The translations under genes were made by a program, and so were the position numbers. A stretch of DNA of 64,000 nucleotides, from positions 1 through 64,000 of the forward strand of contig RHPI01001946.1 in NCBI GenBank assembly GCA_009103225.1. The letters are read 5' to 3'. Below, piece by piece: positions 27,546 through 40,783 of this stretch (position 1 is the stretch's first letter; the number at the start of each line of letters is the position of its first letter). Source of the stretch: Chlorokybus atmophyticus (Eukaryota > Plantae > Mesostigma and Chlorokybus algae). Under the pieces are notes generated by a model. The model saw only the letters and a list, made by a program, of their open reading frames with translations, was not told the origin of the DNA and did no database searches.

Positions 27546-29862
27546 CGTAATTTTATCATTGCTTGCTTGTGTTCAACAAAGTTTTGCGCTTGTGATTGTG
27601 CATGGATTGTGTATGGTGTGCAACACATCATGGCTCCCCTTTCCGCTTGAGACTGCTATGTAGCATCTCTACTGTAAGGTATGTCCATGTGGTGTGTATC
27701 TAACACCTATCCAAGCAAGACCCGACGGCTACACCCCGCATTGCATATTTTGTACACCACCGACTCTCGGGCAGGAGCAGGGCAAGCAGGGCAAGCAGGC
27801 AGGCAGGCAGGCAGACAGGCAAAGGGTCACCACTTGCATGTCAATGGCGAGGAGGAGGGTGCGGTAGAACACAGACGACGCTAACAATGAAGGCGCTGAC
27901 GGGATGCGGGTTTCATGTAGACGGAGCAGACACATTCGTGACTTTCTTTACTGCAGCATTGCTCGGTTGCACATGTGGTGCTGTTGCTCGAGAAGGGGCA
28001 AACTTTATTCGGTTACACACCCGAACAGCAGAGGAAAAGTCACAGGTGACGCTACGTTTGCCACAACTACGAAATACTAGTTCGAAAACTTATCTCATGT
28101 AACTCATTACCATATCGCTTTATTCCGCAATGTTTTGCTTTGCTAGCTATAAGCGCTCCCTTCATCCCTCCCTTCACGCACACGCACACGCACACGCGCG
28201 CGCGCGCGCGCACGCACCATGTGCACATGTATTACAGCAACTGCTCATGTCACATTGCTTTATGCCAGCATGTATGATGGAGCACCCCGTAGACATCCCA
28301 CATGCATGCCAGTGTTCGAATGCAGGCAATCAATGCTACAAAGCGCCACCGGCCATTTACAACAACGCATGCATTGGCCTCCGTGGTGGGTGGGCATGGT
28401 GCTGATAGTGCCCTACCCAGTACCGCCGTCACTGCTGCTGCGCCTCACTTTATGTTCGCCATGGTATGCGCCCGCTACAAGCACAGGCCACCCCTTGTCG
28501 GCACAGCCGCACAACCCCCTCCAGCCGGTGCTCCTGCTGTTGCTTGGCCATCCCGGGGCGCGCGCATATATATAGGCGTAGCATAAGTTGAGAGTCCTTC
28601 CGTGGTGCGCTGCATCGCCATTGCCAACAGGCAGAAGGTGTCCCTTGACCGGTAATCACTAAACTTGCGCCGTTCGACTGCATTAGTCGCCTGCCCCACC
28701 ACACCAACTTTGTATCCACACATTGTCACAATACACAACCCCTACACCAGCACATATAAAGTGCATACACTGCGCGCAACGCTCATTGTATACTCACACA
28801 CAACACACACAGCACGTACGCAGACATTCCCACGCAAGCAGCTATTAATCTACGCGAGAGCCGCGTACGCTTCCATGATAAAGGGTCCCTGGCTCATTGG
28901 TCCTCAGCCCAGCACTGTTGCCACCGCCGCGCTCCAGAGTAACTGTGAAGCCAGTAACATTTGCATGTCACCATTACGCTTTTGCTTATAATGCCATCAC
29001 GTTGATGCGTTTGCCAGGTCACTCTTACGAGTGGATGGGCATGAAACACAAAAAAATTTCATGCAAAGTAATATTGGCGAACACACATCATCAGTTGTTA
29101 CGAGTCGTAAAAGCAGCCATCCATGAGTACAACGGCTGGTTGCGCAGGACATCAATCACGTAAAATGTGCGTCGTCAACTATGTGTAACGGTATGTTTTA
29201 AATTTAATGGATACGTAAATATAATACATTATTATATTGAGACTATGATCCAAAATCCGCTAAGTCATGATGAGACCTTAAAGCTATTGAGCAAACAAAC
29301 GCTTGGATCTGTTGTACGTGCCGCGATACGCATCACGTGCATCAGATGATACTATAAAGTATAAGCTTATACTTGATTGCGTGTCGGAATTAAATGATGT
29401 TAAAATGGATTAAATCTGATCAAAGTGAACCACATTATCAAGATGATTGTGCACTGTGCACTGTGCACGCAAGGCAGTGTTGTAATGTGAGCATATACAT
29501 ACATACATATATACAGCATATACAAGACACACACGCATGCTAGCCGCTAGCATGCACGTGTGTCTTGTGTGTTGTCATCTTGTGCATTGCGTGCACTCTA
29601 TAAACTATAGGCATCATCATAGCCTTGTGAGCTATTAGCTAGCTATAGTTTGTGTGCATTGCTATACACGTCAGCTTAAGTGTGGTCACAACCACTGCAT
29701 TGCAACAACCGACGTATTGCCTCAGACCACAGCGTTGGCTTCGGCGGCGTTGTCGGCGGCGTTAGTGGCGTCGGCGGCAGCGACAGCTTCCTCGGCATGT
29801 CGAGTTGAAGTGCTTGCTAGCTCAGGAAGAAGCTGTAAAGAACTCTGCTCGCCGCCGCCAGC

Positions 29863-32800
29863 ATGCACGGGCGCCCCCGCGTAAAGGCCGCCGCTGCGGA
29901 GGGCGGCGAAGGTGAAGCAGCGGTCGCAGCGGCGGCGGGCAGGAAGAAGGCGGCGCTCTACACACAGCTGTCCAAGCAGGCCAGTATGCATGAGCGCGTG
30001 CTCGCAGAGCAAGTCCTCTGCATACTGCAATTGCATGGACGGCTGCAATGAGCGGCAAATGGGCGGCTATTGCTTAACAACCCGCACTGCGTGAAGCATA
30101 CAGGCCTTTGACAGTTTGTGCATTTGTGCTGATAGTTGCAACTTGTAACCATTCAGCCGCCACCCTTGCCTACTAAAGAGTGCATGCAGAGAGGCGTCAG
30201 ATAGCTAATTCCCATTGGACACGCAAAGTTGCTGTTGACACTGTGCTGTGTGCGTGTGGTAGCTGTGCTTAGTCAGTCCTACAGGTGTGTCTGTGCACGT
30301 CGTGTTCGGAGAGGATGAGCGTGTATCAAGCCCAACTTTGCTTTCAAGTTTAAGAAGCAGGCGGCTTAGCATGTTGTGCTCAGTATCGCATGACTGCGAT
30401 TCAATAGAGAGAATGCTGCCTGAGCACTCAGTCAGTACAACAGCGTTTCCCGTTTGCAAAGTGTGTCCATAAGTGTTCTCCATTGCAACTACGCAACCCA
30501 AACCTGCAACCATGCATCCTACAGTCTGGTAACGCATGCACACACAAACAGGTTCTGGCAGCCAAGCACGCACGCGACTACGGCACGCAGCCCCTCGCTC
30601 TGGCTGCGACGCTGCTCGAACTGAACCCTGAGTTCGCCTCCGCGTGGGCTTACAGGCAAGCAGTGAGTAAATCACTCTCTGTTGTTTTGTTCATATTGGG
30701 TTTTCTATAGGGGGACGCCCTGTATAGGAGTGACTCAGTAGCTTTATCAGTATCTTACCATGAAGCATTGATTCACTTGAATTTAGTGGCAACAAGTGAT
30801 CCACCGTGGTGTCCTGCCTTCACTGCAACTCCCATCTCCTGTGACTCAGTAATAGTGAATTACAGTGAATGAGTTGCAGTAACCCGGGAGTTATTGATGA
30901 TACAGTGAGCTATTGCTCCGTGATGGCTTTCACTATCGCTCAGCAATTCAATGGTTCATTGATTGTCAACAATTGACTCCGCTTCAGGCGGGAGGCGCTG
31001 GAGGCATTGGCTTGGGATGGAGATGGCGCGGGAGTAGGCGCTGAGCGGGTGGGCCAGGAGCTTGCTGTGAGCGAGAAGGCGCTCCGCAAGAATCCCAAGG
31101 CTTATGGCGCCTGGTATCAGCGCAAGGTACACACTTGAGAGGCGTTTTTGTGTGATTGCTAGCAAAGCAGCAGCCATAGCAACATTACAGCAAGAACGTG
31201 TTGGTACATACCGTACCAGTCGTATACACCCTCCTGACGTGACTATAGTAAGTCCTCCTCTACCCCTACTAAGGGGAGGATCATGTTCAACCAAACGGCG
31301 CTTTCGTACGAGCAAGTGATCTGGCATAGTGTCGGTGTAACAGTGTATGCATGTACTCTCGTGCGCACATGCTTCTGTGAAACAACATTTGTGCACATGA
31401 TTGTAAGTAGGTCCCAAGCGATGTCTGTGCGTATATGTACATGTTCATGTACATGCGTGTGCTACTTAACAAGTCATTTTCTTTCAGTGGTTGGTGTTGA
31501 AGTCAGCAAGGAGGCGCCTGGCTTCAACGGACCGCGAGCTGGCGCTGGTGACTAAGCTTCTAGCGCTGGACGCACGCAACTTCCATGCATGGGACTATCG
31601 GAAGTTCCTCATACGCGCAGTCAGCGACGCTGCAGGGGTGGACACACCTGCCAAAGGCTTTACCCCTGCTGATGAGCTTTCTTACACTGCCAGTGCCATA
31701 AACAAGAACTTCTCCAATTACTCTGCGTGGCATTATCGCACGTATGTACTTACTGTCTTGCATGCACGTCATGTTCTGTCCAATGCTTGACCGCGTGCAT
31801 GATGTGTAGTTGTGTGTGCATGCGTGTGTGAGTACGCATGTGGGTACGCATACGCGTGTGCCCGTATACTTCTGCACGTGCATGTGCGTGTGTGTCTGTG
31901 TGCGCGTGTGGTTGTTTGACTCAGTGTGTCCACTGCAGAGCATTGTTGGCAGAACTTGCAAAGGACAAGCCACAAGGTGCGCCTTCTTGCAAGTGTTTTG
32001 TGTCGGCGAAGTCATGATTGTCTTGCACATCATGCTAGCATGTGCACGCATGCAGAGTGGCTGAGTTCGCAGCTGCGGGAAGAGTTTGCGCTTGTTCGTC
32101 AAGCATTCTACACTGAGCCGGACGACCAGGCAGGGTGGTTCTATCATCGCTGGCTCATATGCAAACTGGTCAGAAAGTTGAATACCTTTGCAACATTACA
32201 CCAACAAGTCGAAGCAGATTGTGTCCAACTGACCATACGTGTTGTGGTGTACGTGCTCAACAAACATAGTCTGATGATTCTGAGCACGCGAAGCCACATG
32301 TGCTCACGGTGGACCCGCCTGATGGTGGCACGATGGGCAACAATGACAAGCACTCCATCACGCTGCTGTTCTCCGAGCCAGTCACCAACGTGGACAACAC
32401 GTCGGCGAGCGTGTCGATCCCCACGAGCAATGGTTGGCGCCCGGTTGGGGACAACACAGGCCGAAGCGGAGAAATATATGCCAACACGTGGACGTGCGAT
32501 TTGGATGCATCATTTATAGAGAGCGTGTCTCAGCCGGCTGAAGTGCATATTGAGGTCAAGGCTGACGGGAGCAACAACATCAAAGGGACCAACGGGTCCC
32601 GTGTATCGGCGTTTGTTGCCAGCTTCTATGTTGATGCAGAAGCCGCGGATGAAGAAGATATCGACCAGCCGCGGCCTGAAGTGGACGGCTGCTGGCCAGA
32701 AGGGTGCGCGCCATCTTCAGCAACATTGATGTTTGACAACAGCGACATTGGCGGGCCGCTTGACCTGGAAGGACAGGGATATCGGCGAGGAAGCAGGTCG

Positions 32801-34126
32801 GGTAAATCAAGTTTTGACCTGGCAAGCGGCGCGGGATATGAAGGCGACACGGATGATATCGCCAACTCAGAGACGGTTGGCGCTCGTGATATAATTCAAC
32901 AGGAGATTGCCATGTGCAGAGAGCTCATCGAGTTGGAACCAGACAGGTGCGTTTGGTACTCAACCATCACCAGTCTCATGCTCTTCATCCCAACATGCCG
33001 CTTGTGCGTGTAATTATATTGTGCAGCAAGTGGCCCCGAACGGCCGTGGCTATGCTTCTTGATGCCACCTCTAGCGGTGGTGATATCGCTGAGATGGTTG
33101 CTATATATGAGCGCCTCGCCGCAGTGGACCCCATGCGCGGGGGCTTGTACAAAGACAGAGTTGGCAGTCTTAAGCTGCGCCAGGTGATGGCTCACTATTG
33201 GCAACATCGACATCAACATGTTGGGTTGGGTCGGCACGTGCATGTGTGTATGTATGTGTGCGCGCGTGCGTGCGCTCTTGACCTCGCGCATGTGTATGTG
33301 TGGTGGACGTGCAAAACACGCCCTGTTCGCCTCAGGCTGCAAGCAAGGTGGACGCGGAGGTGTGGTCGCAAGAGCGGTCAGTGCGGGCGTGGCTAGACCT
33401 CTCGCGTCTGGGCGCGCCCCTCATCACCCCTCCCGCCGCTGCCAGCTTCATGTGGATGCGCCGCCTGGACCTCTCCCACAACCGCCTGCGCTCCCTTGAA
33501 GGTGCGTCAGCACCTCCCCTTGAGGCTGTTTAGAAAATGCATGCACAGCGTTATGCAATGCAGCATGCATGCATGCACTGCGCCACTACCAGAAGATGGT
33601 AGATTCCATGAAGATCATACTGCACAGCACACCACATGACACGCCAATACTACAGTACCATTCCAATGCAATGCCAAAGTGCCTACACCAAGCTTTATGG
33701 TTGGTTTTGACGGGTATGCGGTCTGTGACAGGCGTATCCAATGCCGTACAGCGCTTGCATGCCTGCCGCAATATGATAATGACATTGCGTTCATGCTGCA
33801 CTGTACCTGCAACAGGAATCGAGGCATTGCAGCAACTCATTGCACTCTGCGTGCGGCACAACAAGTTGGAGAGGCCCCACGCGCTGCTGCCGTTGCGGCA
33901 TTTGCACCGCTTACAAGCGCTGGACATTGCGTACAACGAGCTCAGGGAGCGCGCGCTCTCGTGGTTTTTAAGTCCTGGCTTAAAGGCAGGGTCCAGCGCA
34001 CCGCAGCTCACCTGCCTAGACCTCAGAGGGAACCCTGCCCTCGCACAAGGTGAGGACTCATGGCTCAACGCTGCGAAGGGTGCATCTAAGGGTCTTCGGT
34101 GGCTCAATGGCGTGGACGTGTCGTAG
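29863..34126 (+). CDS. RGTA: Rab geranylgeranyltransferase (GGTase-II) alpha subunit, PFTA repeats + Ig-like insert + LRR, multi-exon
   Basis: Start MHGRPR. Prenyltransferase alpha repeats LELNPEFASAWAYRR, ALRKNPKAYGAWYQRK, LDARNFHAWDYRKF, INKNFSNYSAWHYRT, QAFYTEPDDQAGWFYHRWL. C-terminal LRRs (RRLDLSHNRLRSLEG, LQALDIAYNEL, LTCLDLRGNPAL). Confidence 0.94.
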
Positions 34127-35179
34127 CCTTCTTGCTTTCATTGGTAAGGTATGATCCATGTAGCTCATGTGCCGATGCCTGGCTGGTTTTGGGCATTGCG
34201 GTACACATCCTCTCACACATGGATGCAAACCAAGTTCACACTGCACATGCGAATAACGTAATGATTGGCAAGGCATTACACATAGGAAATTAAATTAAGC
34301 CAAGTGCCGCTTGCTAGCTGAGTTTTCAAAACAGAAGTAAGCCAGGGACGTGTGGCAACAGTAAGCAAGGGTCCACCTGCTGTACATCTGTATGTGTGTG
34401 AGTGTAATCTGTTGTCAGAAGAGTGTAACTAGTTATTGAAAGAGCGCGCACATGCCAGGGCGAGGCGGTGATGGTAAGATTGTGGGAATCTGTGCGACAG
34501 TGTGTCAGTCACTCTTTATGAATGTGCAGCGTCAGTGGCGGTGTGTGTTTGTGTACATGATCAAGGGAAGGAGTCTTTGGTGCGCGTGCGCGCGTGTATG
34601 TGCACATGTGTGGAATGTACAACAATGCGAAGGGTGATACAGATGCCTGTGTGTGCGAGCTTGAGTAACAATGAGCGGCAGTGTGTCGTGAGGCGTTGGT
34701 GCTGGTGTGCGTGAGCATGACAGTGGGAGCGTAGCACAAACCATGTTTGTGCACAGAATGTATCAGAGCTGCGCGAAGCATGCTTGGAGATAGGTGTGCA
34801 AACACAACATCCTTGCACGTGCATAGTAGACTAGAGATTGATGTATATACAAGAGGTGCACGAAGCACACTCCGAGAAGTAGTTGTGCCGACATGTTAAC
34901 AAGCAGGTTTAGGCAAAGAGTAGTCAATCAGGCGGGTGCACCATGGCTCAAGCAGAGCTTACAACTTGCGTTATGACAACTTGGACTTCCGGAGATCCTT
35001 GATTGATTCTACGACTCAACCATAAGCTAGACCCTTAAACAGCATGCATGGCAGGGGCAAGTGGGAAGCAAGAAGGGATCAACCACAACGTGCAGAATGT
35101 AGGGGAGAGGCACATACCACAAGGCAAAGCAAGGCAGAATCCAGTTGGTGGTGCCAAGAAGTAGAGCTTACAACCTTGA

Positions 35180-36950
35180 TTGAGACACCAACAAACCATG
35201 ATAGACACAATAGTTGGACTCAGCCCCTTAAGCCGTAACATGCAGGGGCAAGCAATGGTTGACGACAGTATGAGAGCACAACTTGCAACACGCAGGTTAC
35301 GGTATGCAGTGCATTGCACCAGCAAAGCATCAGTATACTCAAGGACAAGAAGGGCTTTGCTCGACGCGTGAGCACTTCAACCAGACACGCAGCCAGTAAC
35401 GGGAAGGAACATTATATAACAACGAATCGACCATAAAAGCACAAAGTCTTTTATGGTCGAGTGGGCTGTGACACAGCCCACAACAGAACGTCAGCATGTT
35501 TTGTTGCAAACTTTGGATTTCACTACCTTGTATACAAACCTTGCACACAATGACTTGTTGCAATGCATGCAAGGCTTTGTGGACAAGGGTTTTAACTGTG
35601 TGCTGTGTCGTGAATGTAGAACCCGTTTGCACATTAACATTCAGGTAGGGGTAGTAACGCATACTTGGGTAAGAGGCACTACTGTGGTGCGAGCGAGGGT
35701 CATACGTGTTTTTACAGCACCTATGCTACATGCTATGTTGCAGTTTCTCATTAACAACCTGTACATGCAAACAACACTGAACCAGCTGTTTCAACAACTT
35801 GTGTAACTTGAAGTAATAGGCATCCCGATGGATAATAGTGCTGGGGTGTACCTGGCTAACCATGACTTGTTTACGTATGTGTTGGACTTTGTGAACAGGC
35901 TGATTGCTGCAGGGCAACGACCACTGGCCTTGAGGGTCGCACGGCAAGTCTTGCGTCATGTAAATGATTTATTGGTGGTTGCTCTACCTGAGTTTATGCA
36001 TTGCATGTAACTTAATAACCCAATAGTGCCAGGGCGGTAGCATTTACCCACAGGCAATGCTAACACTCTCGAGACAGCACGTGGTGTCAGCATACTATTC
36101 TTGGACTTGCTCATATTTTAGGATCCACAGGTGGGGCTGGGCACAACTTGTAAATTGCACACCTTGATAGGTACACAACAAATTAAACACCGCACCTTTT
36201 AAGTTCGTGCCAAGAACCCATGCACCGCACCCAGACAATAACATGTTTAACTCTGGTAAATTAGGTGTCGTGGTGTCCCAATTTGTACGGTTTGAGCGCA
36301 TATGCACCTTTCGGCATCACTTTCTTTCGGAAATGGTGCAGTTGTTGCGTAACATGCAAGCAAAGGGCTATGATATGCATGTGCTATTAAACCAGCTGCG
36401 TGGAAGGATGTACAGAAAGACGGGGACGGTTAATAGAGTTACCTACCAACGGCTATACATGTTGGTGGCAACAAGGTGTGCTCCAACGCCGTAGGTAAGT
36501 GAGGTAAGTGTAATTGTTGACAGCAAGTGTGGGGAGCAGTGTTCCATGCACATACTATGTCTGCTGGTGCCTTGCATGCCGCGTTCTTAGTCACTCAGTT
36601 AGTTGCCTTGCCACATTATCATTCTTATCGTATCTTATCTTAGCTACTTCTGTGTGGACAGTTGCCAATTAGACCGTGTGAGAATGCTTGCAAGCTATGA
36701 ATACTCAGTGAGTACGGGTCTTACATCAACACCAATGTCGCTATAGCGGTCGCAGTACATTGCGCGACCACCACAATGCACAGCACAGCACTCCCACCCA
36801 CGCCCTCGCCTTTGCCTGGCTGCTGCTGCTGCTATTGTTGCACGAGCTCTCCGAAGGGGTCTTCTGACGCTTGGCGCTGCGTGCCCACAATGGTGCACTA
36901 TTGCCGCTACTTTGCTTGCCCTGCCCTAATTTCTATTCCACCCTCACCCC
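35180..36950 (+). mobile_element. 5'-truncated, decayed Penelope-like retroelement (Naiad/Chlamys-type reverse transcriptase)
   Basis: RT motifs across broken frames: LDFTTLYTNLAHNDL, GIPMDNSAGVYLANHDLFTY, RHVNDLL (degenerate RYxDD), IYPTG...LFLDLLI, then PHPDNNMFNSGKLGVVVSQFVRFERIC...KGYD. Stops and frameshifts indicate an inactive copy. No GIY-YIG endonuclease seen. Confidence 0.85.
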
Positions 36951-37795
36951 CGCCCTTACCATTCACTTAGATACGCCACATGCATAGCATTGCCTCTGGT
37001 TTAATTTCATTCCCCTTTGCCTAGCTTGCTGGCTTTGTGTGCTTTGTGTATGTTAGTGTCGTGGCTTGTGGTGTGCGGTTTGCATCTACTTGGATAGCTC
37101 ATACATGTGCTGCAAGCCACAAAGGATATGACCACCATCTGCAGCCACAGCGGCCTTACCTAACACGCATGCACGCGGTGTTGGAGATCTGATGTTATGC
37201 AATATAGAGCAAGAACGCATGCTCATTGCGCAATAAACTCACGTGGTATGACACTCAACCACATTGCGGCGATTTCGCAGGTGATTGTTGCAAGCATGAC
37301 TTACAAGGTGGGGCAGTAGAATCAGCGAGGCGAAGAGTAGTGAAGTAGGTGGTGGCAGAGTGTGCTTGACCCGGCCAGCGGTAATTGAGGTGAGTGTTGT
37401 GGCTGTTGAGAGTTATGTCCGTGCATGTACACACAATGCGCGCGGGATATGCTGCATAGTGATGTCATGCTTGTGGCACCTCATTGCGTACTTTGTACAC
37501 AGGTCAGGGTTTCTGCAGCAACAGCAACGCCAAGCAACAACAAGGGCGGGCACGGACTAGCCCAAACCCCAAACAACCAGCCTCACAAACCTCCAGCGTC
37601 CCCCACACCCGAGTGCGCCTGTGGTTTGGCAAGTGTGCGACATGACGATGACTCACTGCAAGACAACTGGCATGTTGGCTGTGCAATTGCAATGAATGTA
37701 CTACTATACTGTTCTATATAGCGCTATCAAACCGCAGGCTTGTTGAACCAACCACAACCAATCACCTAACCCCAAACTCCGCCCATCAAACACTG

Positions 37796-39261
37796 TCATT
37801 GAGATATTGATGACCAAGACTCAGGCGCGCCGGTAAAGAACGCATGCAACCCAAACCCCAGGAATAACAAACCCGCACAAAGCGCAACCTGCATAGAAAC
37901 AGATATCAGCAAGTGATGCGATTGTGCTGGAAAAGCAGGACTGCCCATAAACCAGCACTACATCAAGCGTACCGTTCTTTCAGATATACTTGATGCTAGC
38001 TGCCTGCCTCCTACAACTGCCAGCCCTGTACAAAGCCCATGAGCCCTGCCACACAACAATGTTGGTCAGCACAGATCGCACACCAATGAGCAACCAACAT
38101 ATTGACAGCACTTACAGCACTGCGCCAATCGACACCCCCACAGGGTTCTCATCAGACGCCAACCCTATGGTGGCAATCTGCAGCAAGGAGATGTGAACAT
38201 GGTGAGAAACATGCACAGTGCTTATGCATGCTCAAGTGTACATGACGTGCATGTTTGCACAAGATTCACCTGACTTTTATCTCCCCACTCAGCTAAGAAA
38301 GTCAAGGTAAATGCCTGCACAGCACAAACCAAAGCATGTCATAACACAACTATCAACAGCAACTCCGATTGGTCTCTGTACGCACGCGCGCTGCTACCAG
38401 TGCTTTAATGCAAGGACACACATGTTGCAATTGCATGTGCATGTTACAATGATGCTGCACTGCGCAATGCAACCTCAATGATAACATGCGAAAACCTGTT
38501 CAGGTTTTGTAAGTTCAGGAAGCACATACCTGCAGAATAACTGGTGACACCAGCCTTGAAAGCATATTCGCAGGTCCTACCCGCTTTTTGGCATCATCGT
38601 CATCCTCCTCACCCAACTCCTTTTCAACCTGTTGATGTGATACCAAACACAGCACTTAGCAACCACACGCACACATGCAGATCACAAATGCCGCATGGAA
38701 GGAGACGCTTTGTTCCAAAGCCCGACCTGTGCGAGCATGCTTCACTGCGAGTTGGGGTTCGTGAAACAGGCATTACTGAGAATCAGGGGATCGTGAGGGT
38801 TTTGAGGGAAATGGTGGAGCAAAATGTTACAATAATCTGTGCTGACACGCTGCAACGCTCAAGCATGTCGCATGAGACTGTTTTTGGACGTGAGACCAAA
38901 TTTGAGAGCGGACCTCAGCGAGCTCAGCGGCGGCCTTGGTGGAGGCATGTCGAGCGTCGTTGAAGGAGCGGGCGCTGAAGAGGAAGAAGAGGCAGGTGGC
39001 GGCGATGTGGGCGATGCTAGGAGGGAGGACGGAGGGGGCGGCCCAACCGAGGGCGCAGGAGAGGACAGTCATGACGGCAAGGGCACCGTGAGCGCCAAGG
39101 AACACCAGGCCGCGACGGCGGCGGCGCATCGCCAGTAACGCCGCTATGAAGAACGTCTTGTCGCCGATCTCCGACGCCACCGTCATCACAAACGACTTAG
39201 CAAAACCCTCCTGCCATGCTCCTCCCGCAAGCAGCGCCCCCGGCCCGCCTCCCACCGCCAT
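37796..39261 (-). CDS. GDT1/TMEM165 (UPF0016) family Ca2+/Mn2+ transporter, multi-exon
   Basis: Both E-x-G-D-K family motifs present: VASEIGDKTFFIAALLAM and AFTLTFLAEWGDKSQ|IATIGLA. Also AHGLCTGLAVVGGRQLASSISERT|VALCAGLLFLGFG; stop at 37796. Confidence 0.93.
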
Positions 39262-40333
39262 CGCCGCCGGCCGCTGCCGCTCTCCCTGCCGACACCCTGG
39301 CGGATGTGCCAGTAAGCAACAGACATGCCTTGAGACCTACGCTTGTGACTCATGGTCCTCGTTGGAGCCTCGTTCAGCCTCGGAGTTGATTACTGGTAGG
39401 TCCTAGTTGATCAAGTCACTGCCAGTGATGAGTCCATCATAAATTGATGGCACCCAACCTACCAGGTAAACTTGTGTGTCTTCAAGACACTGTCTTGTCA
39501 ATGATTCTTAACATGTTAAAAGTCATCACTGACAAAATACTACATGACTTAGCTTTGCTGCCAGCATAGCTATCATTCAAGATGGGTTATTGCATGACCT
39601 GACACGGTGTCAAGCATTTTCTTCTAATAGTTGATTTATGTTTTTATTACACTTATCTTAAGTGACTGAAATTGAGTTAAGTAATAAGCAATGGCAGATT
39701 GCAATATCACGGCCTGTCACTTGTGTTAACATTAACTGATTTGGCATAAACCTCTCACCGCCAATATTTAATGATACAATTATTATGTTTATGACGCATT
39801 GCGATATTTGCATTGTTGATGTATTATTTGATGGGACATCATATCCAAATGCATCGGCAACAAAAGCAACGGCGGCCCCACATCTATTGAATTTGGCTGA
39901 CTCACATAGGCCGTGGGGTTGTACACGCATGTTAATGGGTTCGTGCATTGGTGGGGGAGCGTGAGCGCAACCATACAAGTGTGTCAATGTACGAAGACGC
40001 CTTAACCACCAAGAATGGCAGCAAAAGTCGATGCCAAAGAAGGAGCCACATGTCCAATATATGTTCCGTATCCACATATGTTACAATTGCCATTAAGTGG
40101 TGTAGGTTCCCTTAACTCTGGGCTTTTGCATGTTTTGTTTATTCGCTTGCTTGTTCAATCTTGAAATTACTAACAAAACGCTCAGCACTTATTATTTTCA
40201 CTACAAGTATGCAAGCACTGCATTTTATAATTACATATATGAGCTTGTGCTTAATTAAATTAAGGTATGTTGATATTTTCCAAGACAAGTCATCGATGCA
40301 TACCGTACATACTCGGATAGAGCCCCCCCTCCC

Positions 40334-40455
40334 NNNNNNNNNNNNNNNNNNNNNNNNNNNNNNNNNNNNNNNNNNNNNNNNNNNNNNNNNNNNNNNNNNN
40401 NNNNNNNNNNNNNNNNNNNNNNNNNNNNNNNNNNNNNNNNNNNNNNNNNNNNNNN
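40334..40455. other. Assembly gap (run of N)
   Basis: 122 consecutive n. A second 6-nt gap lies at 48002-48007 next to a poly-G run, and a single n at 49628. Confidence 0.99.
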
Positions 40456-40783
40456 CCTCTTAAATTTGAGTGCGCAGCGGTAAATGAATAAATCAATTAT
40501 TCAAGTTAAGTTAAAAGTTTTTATTTTTTGTGACTTGGTTTTACCTATCAGTATATTGTAGTATATACATAGTATAGTATATAGAACAACAGTTTTACCT
40601 GGGTTTTACCTGGAAGTTTTAGGTGAATCATGCAGCTTGCCAACGGCTTGCCAAGTTGTCTGTTGGTGACACTTGGTAACACCAAGTTGGTGTGGACTGG
40701 AAGTGCTGTTTGTGCGCTGCCGCACAAGAAGCACCATAAGCTTATCCACGTGGCGCTGAGCAGTTGAGCTGACGTGGATAACA

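Noticed and set aside
28475-28738. Minus-strand peptide GYKVGVVGQATNAVERRK resembling a MutS (MSH3/MSH6) domain I segment
   Set aside because: Only ~10 residues match, with no flanking MutS motifs or splice-consistent exons; likely chance or unrecognisable debris.
37590-37690. PECACG resembling the start of a GRF zinc finger
   Set aside because: The NxGRxFYxC half of the motif is missing.
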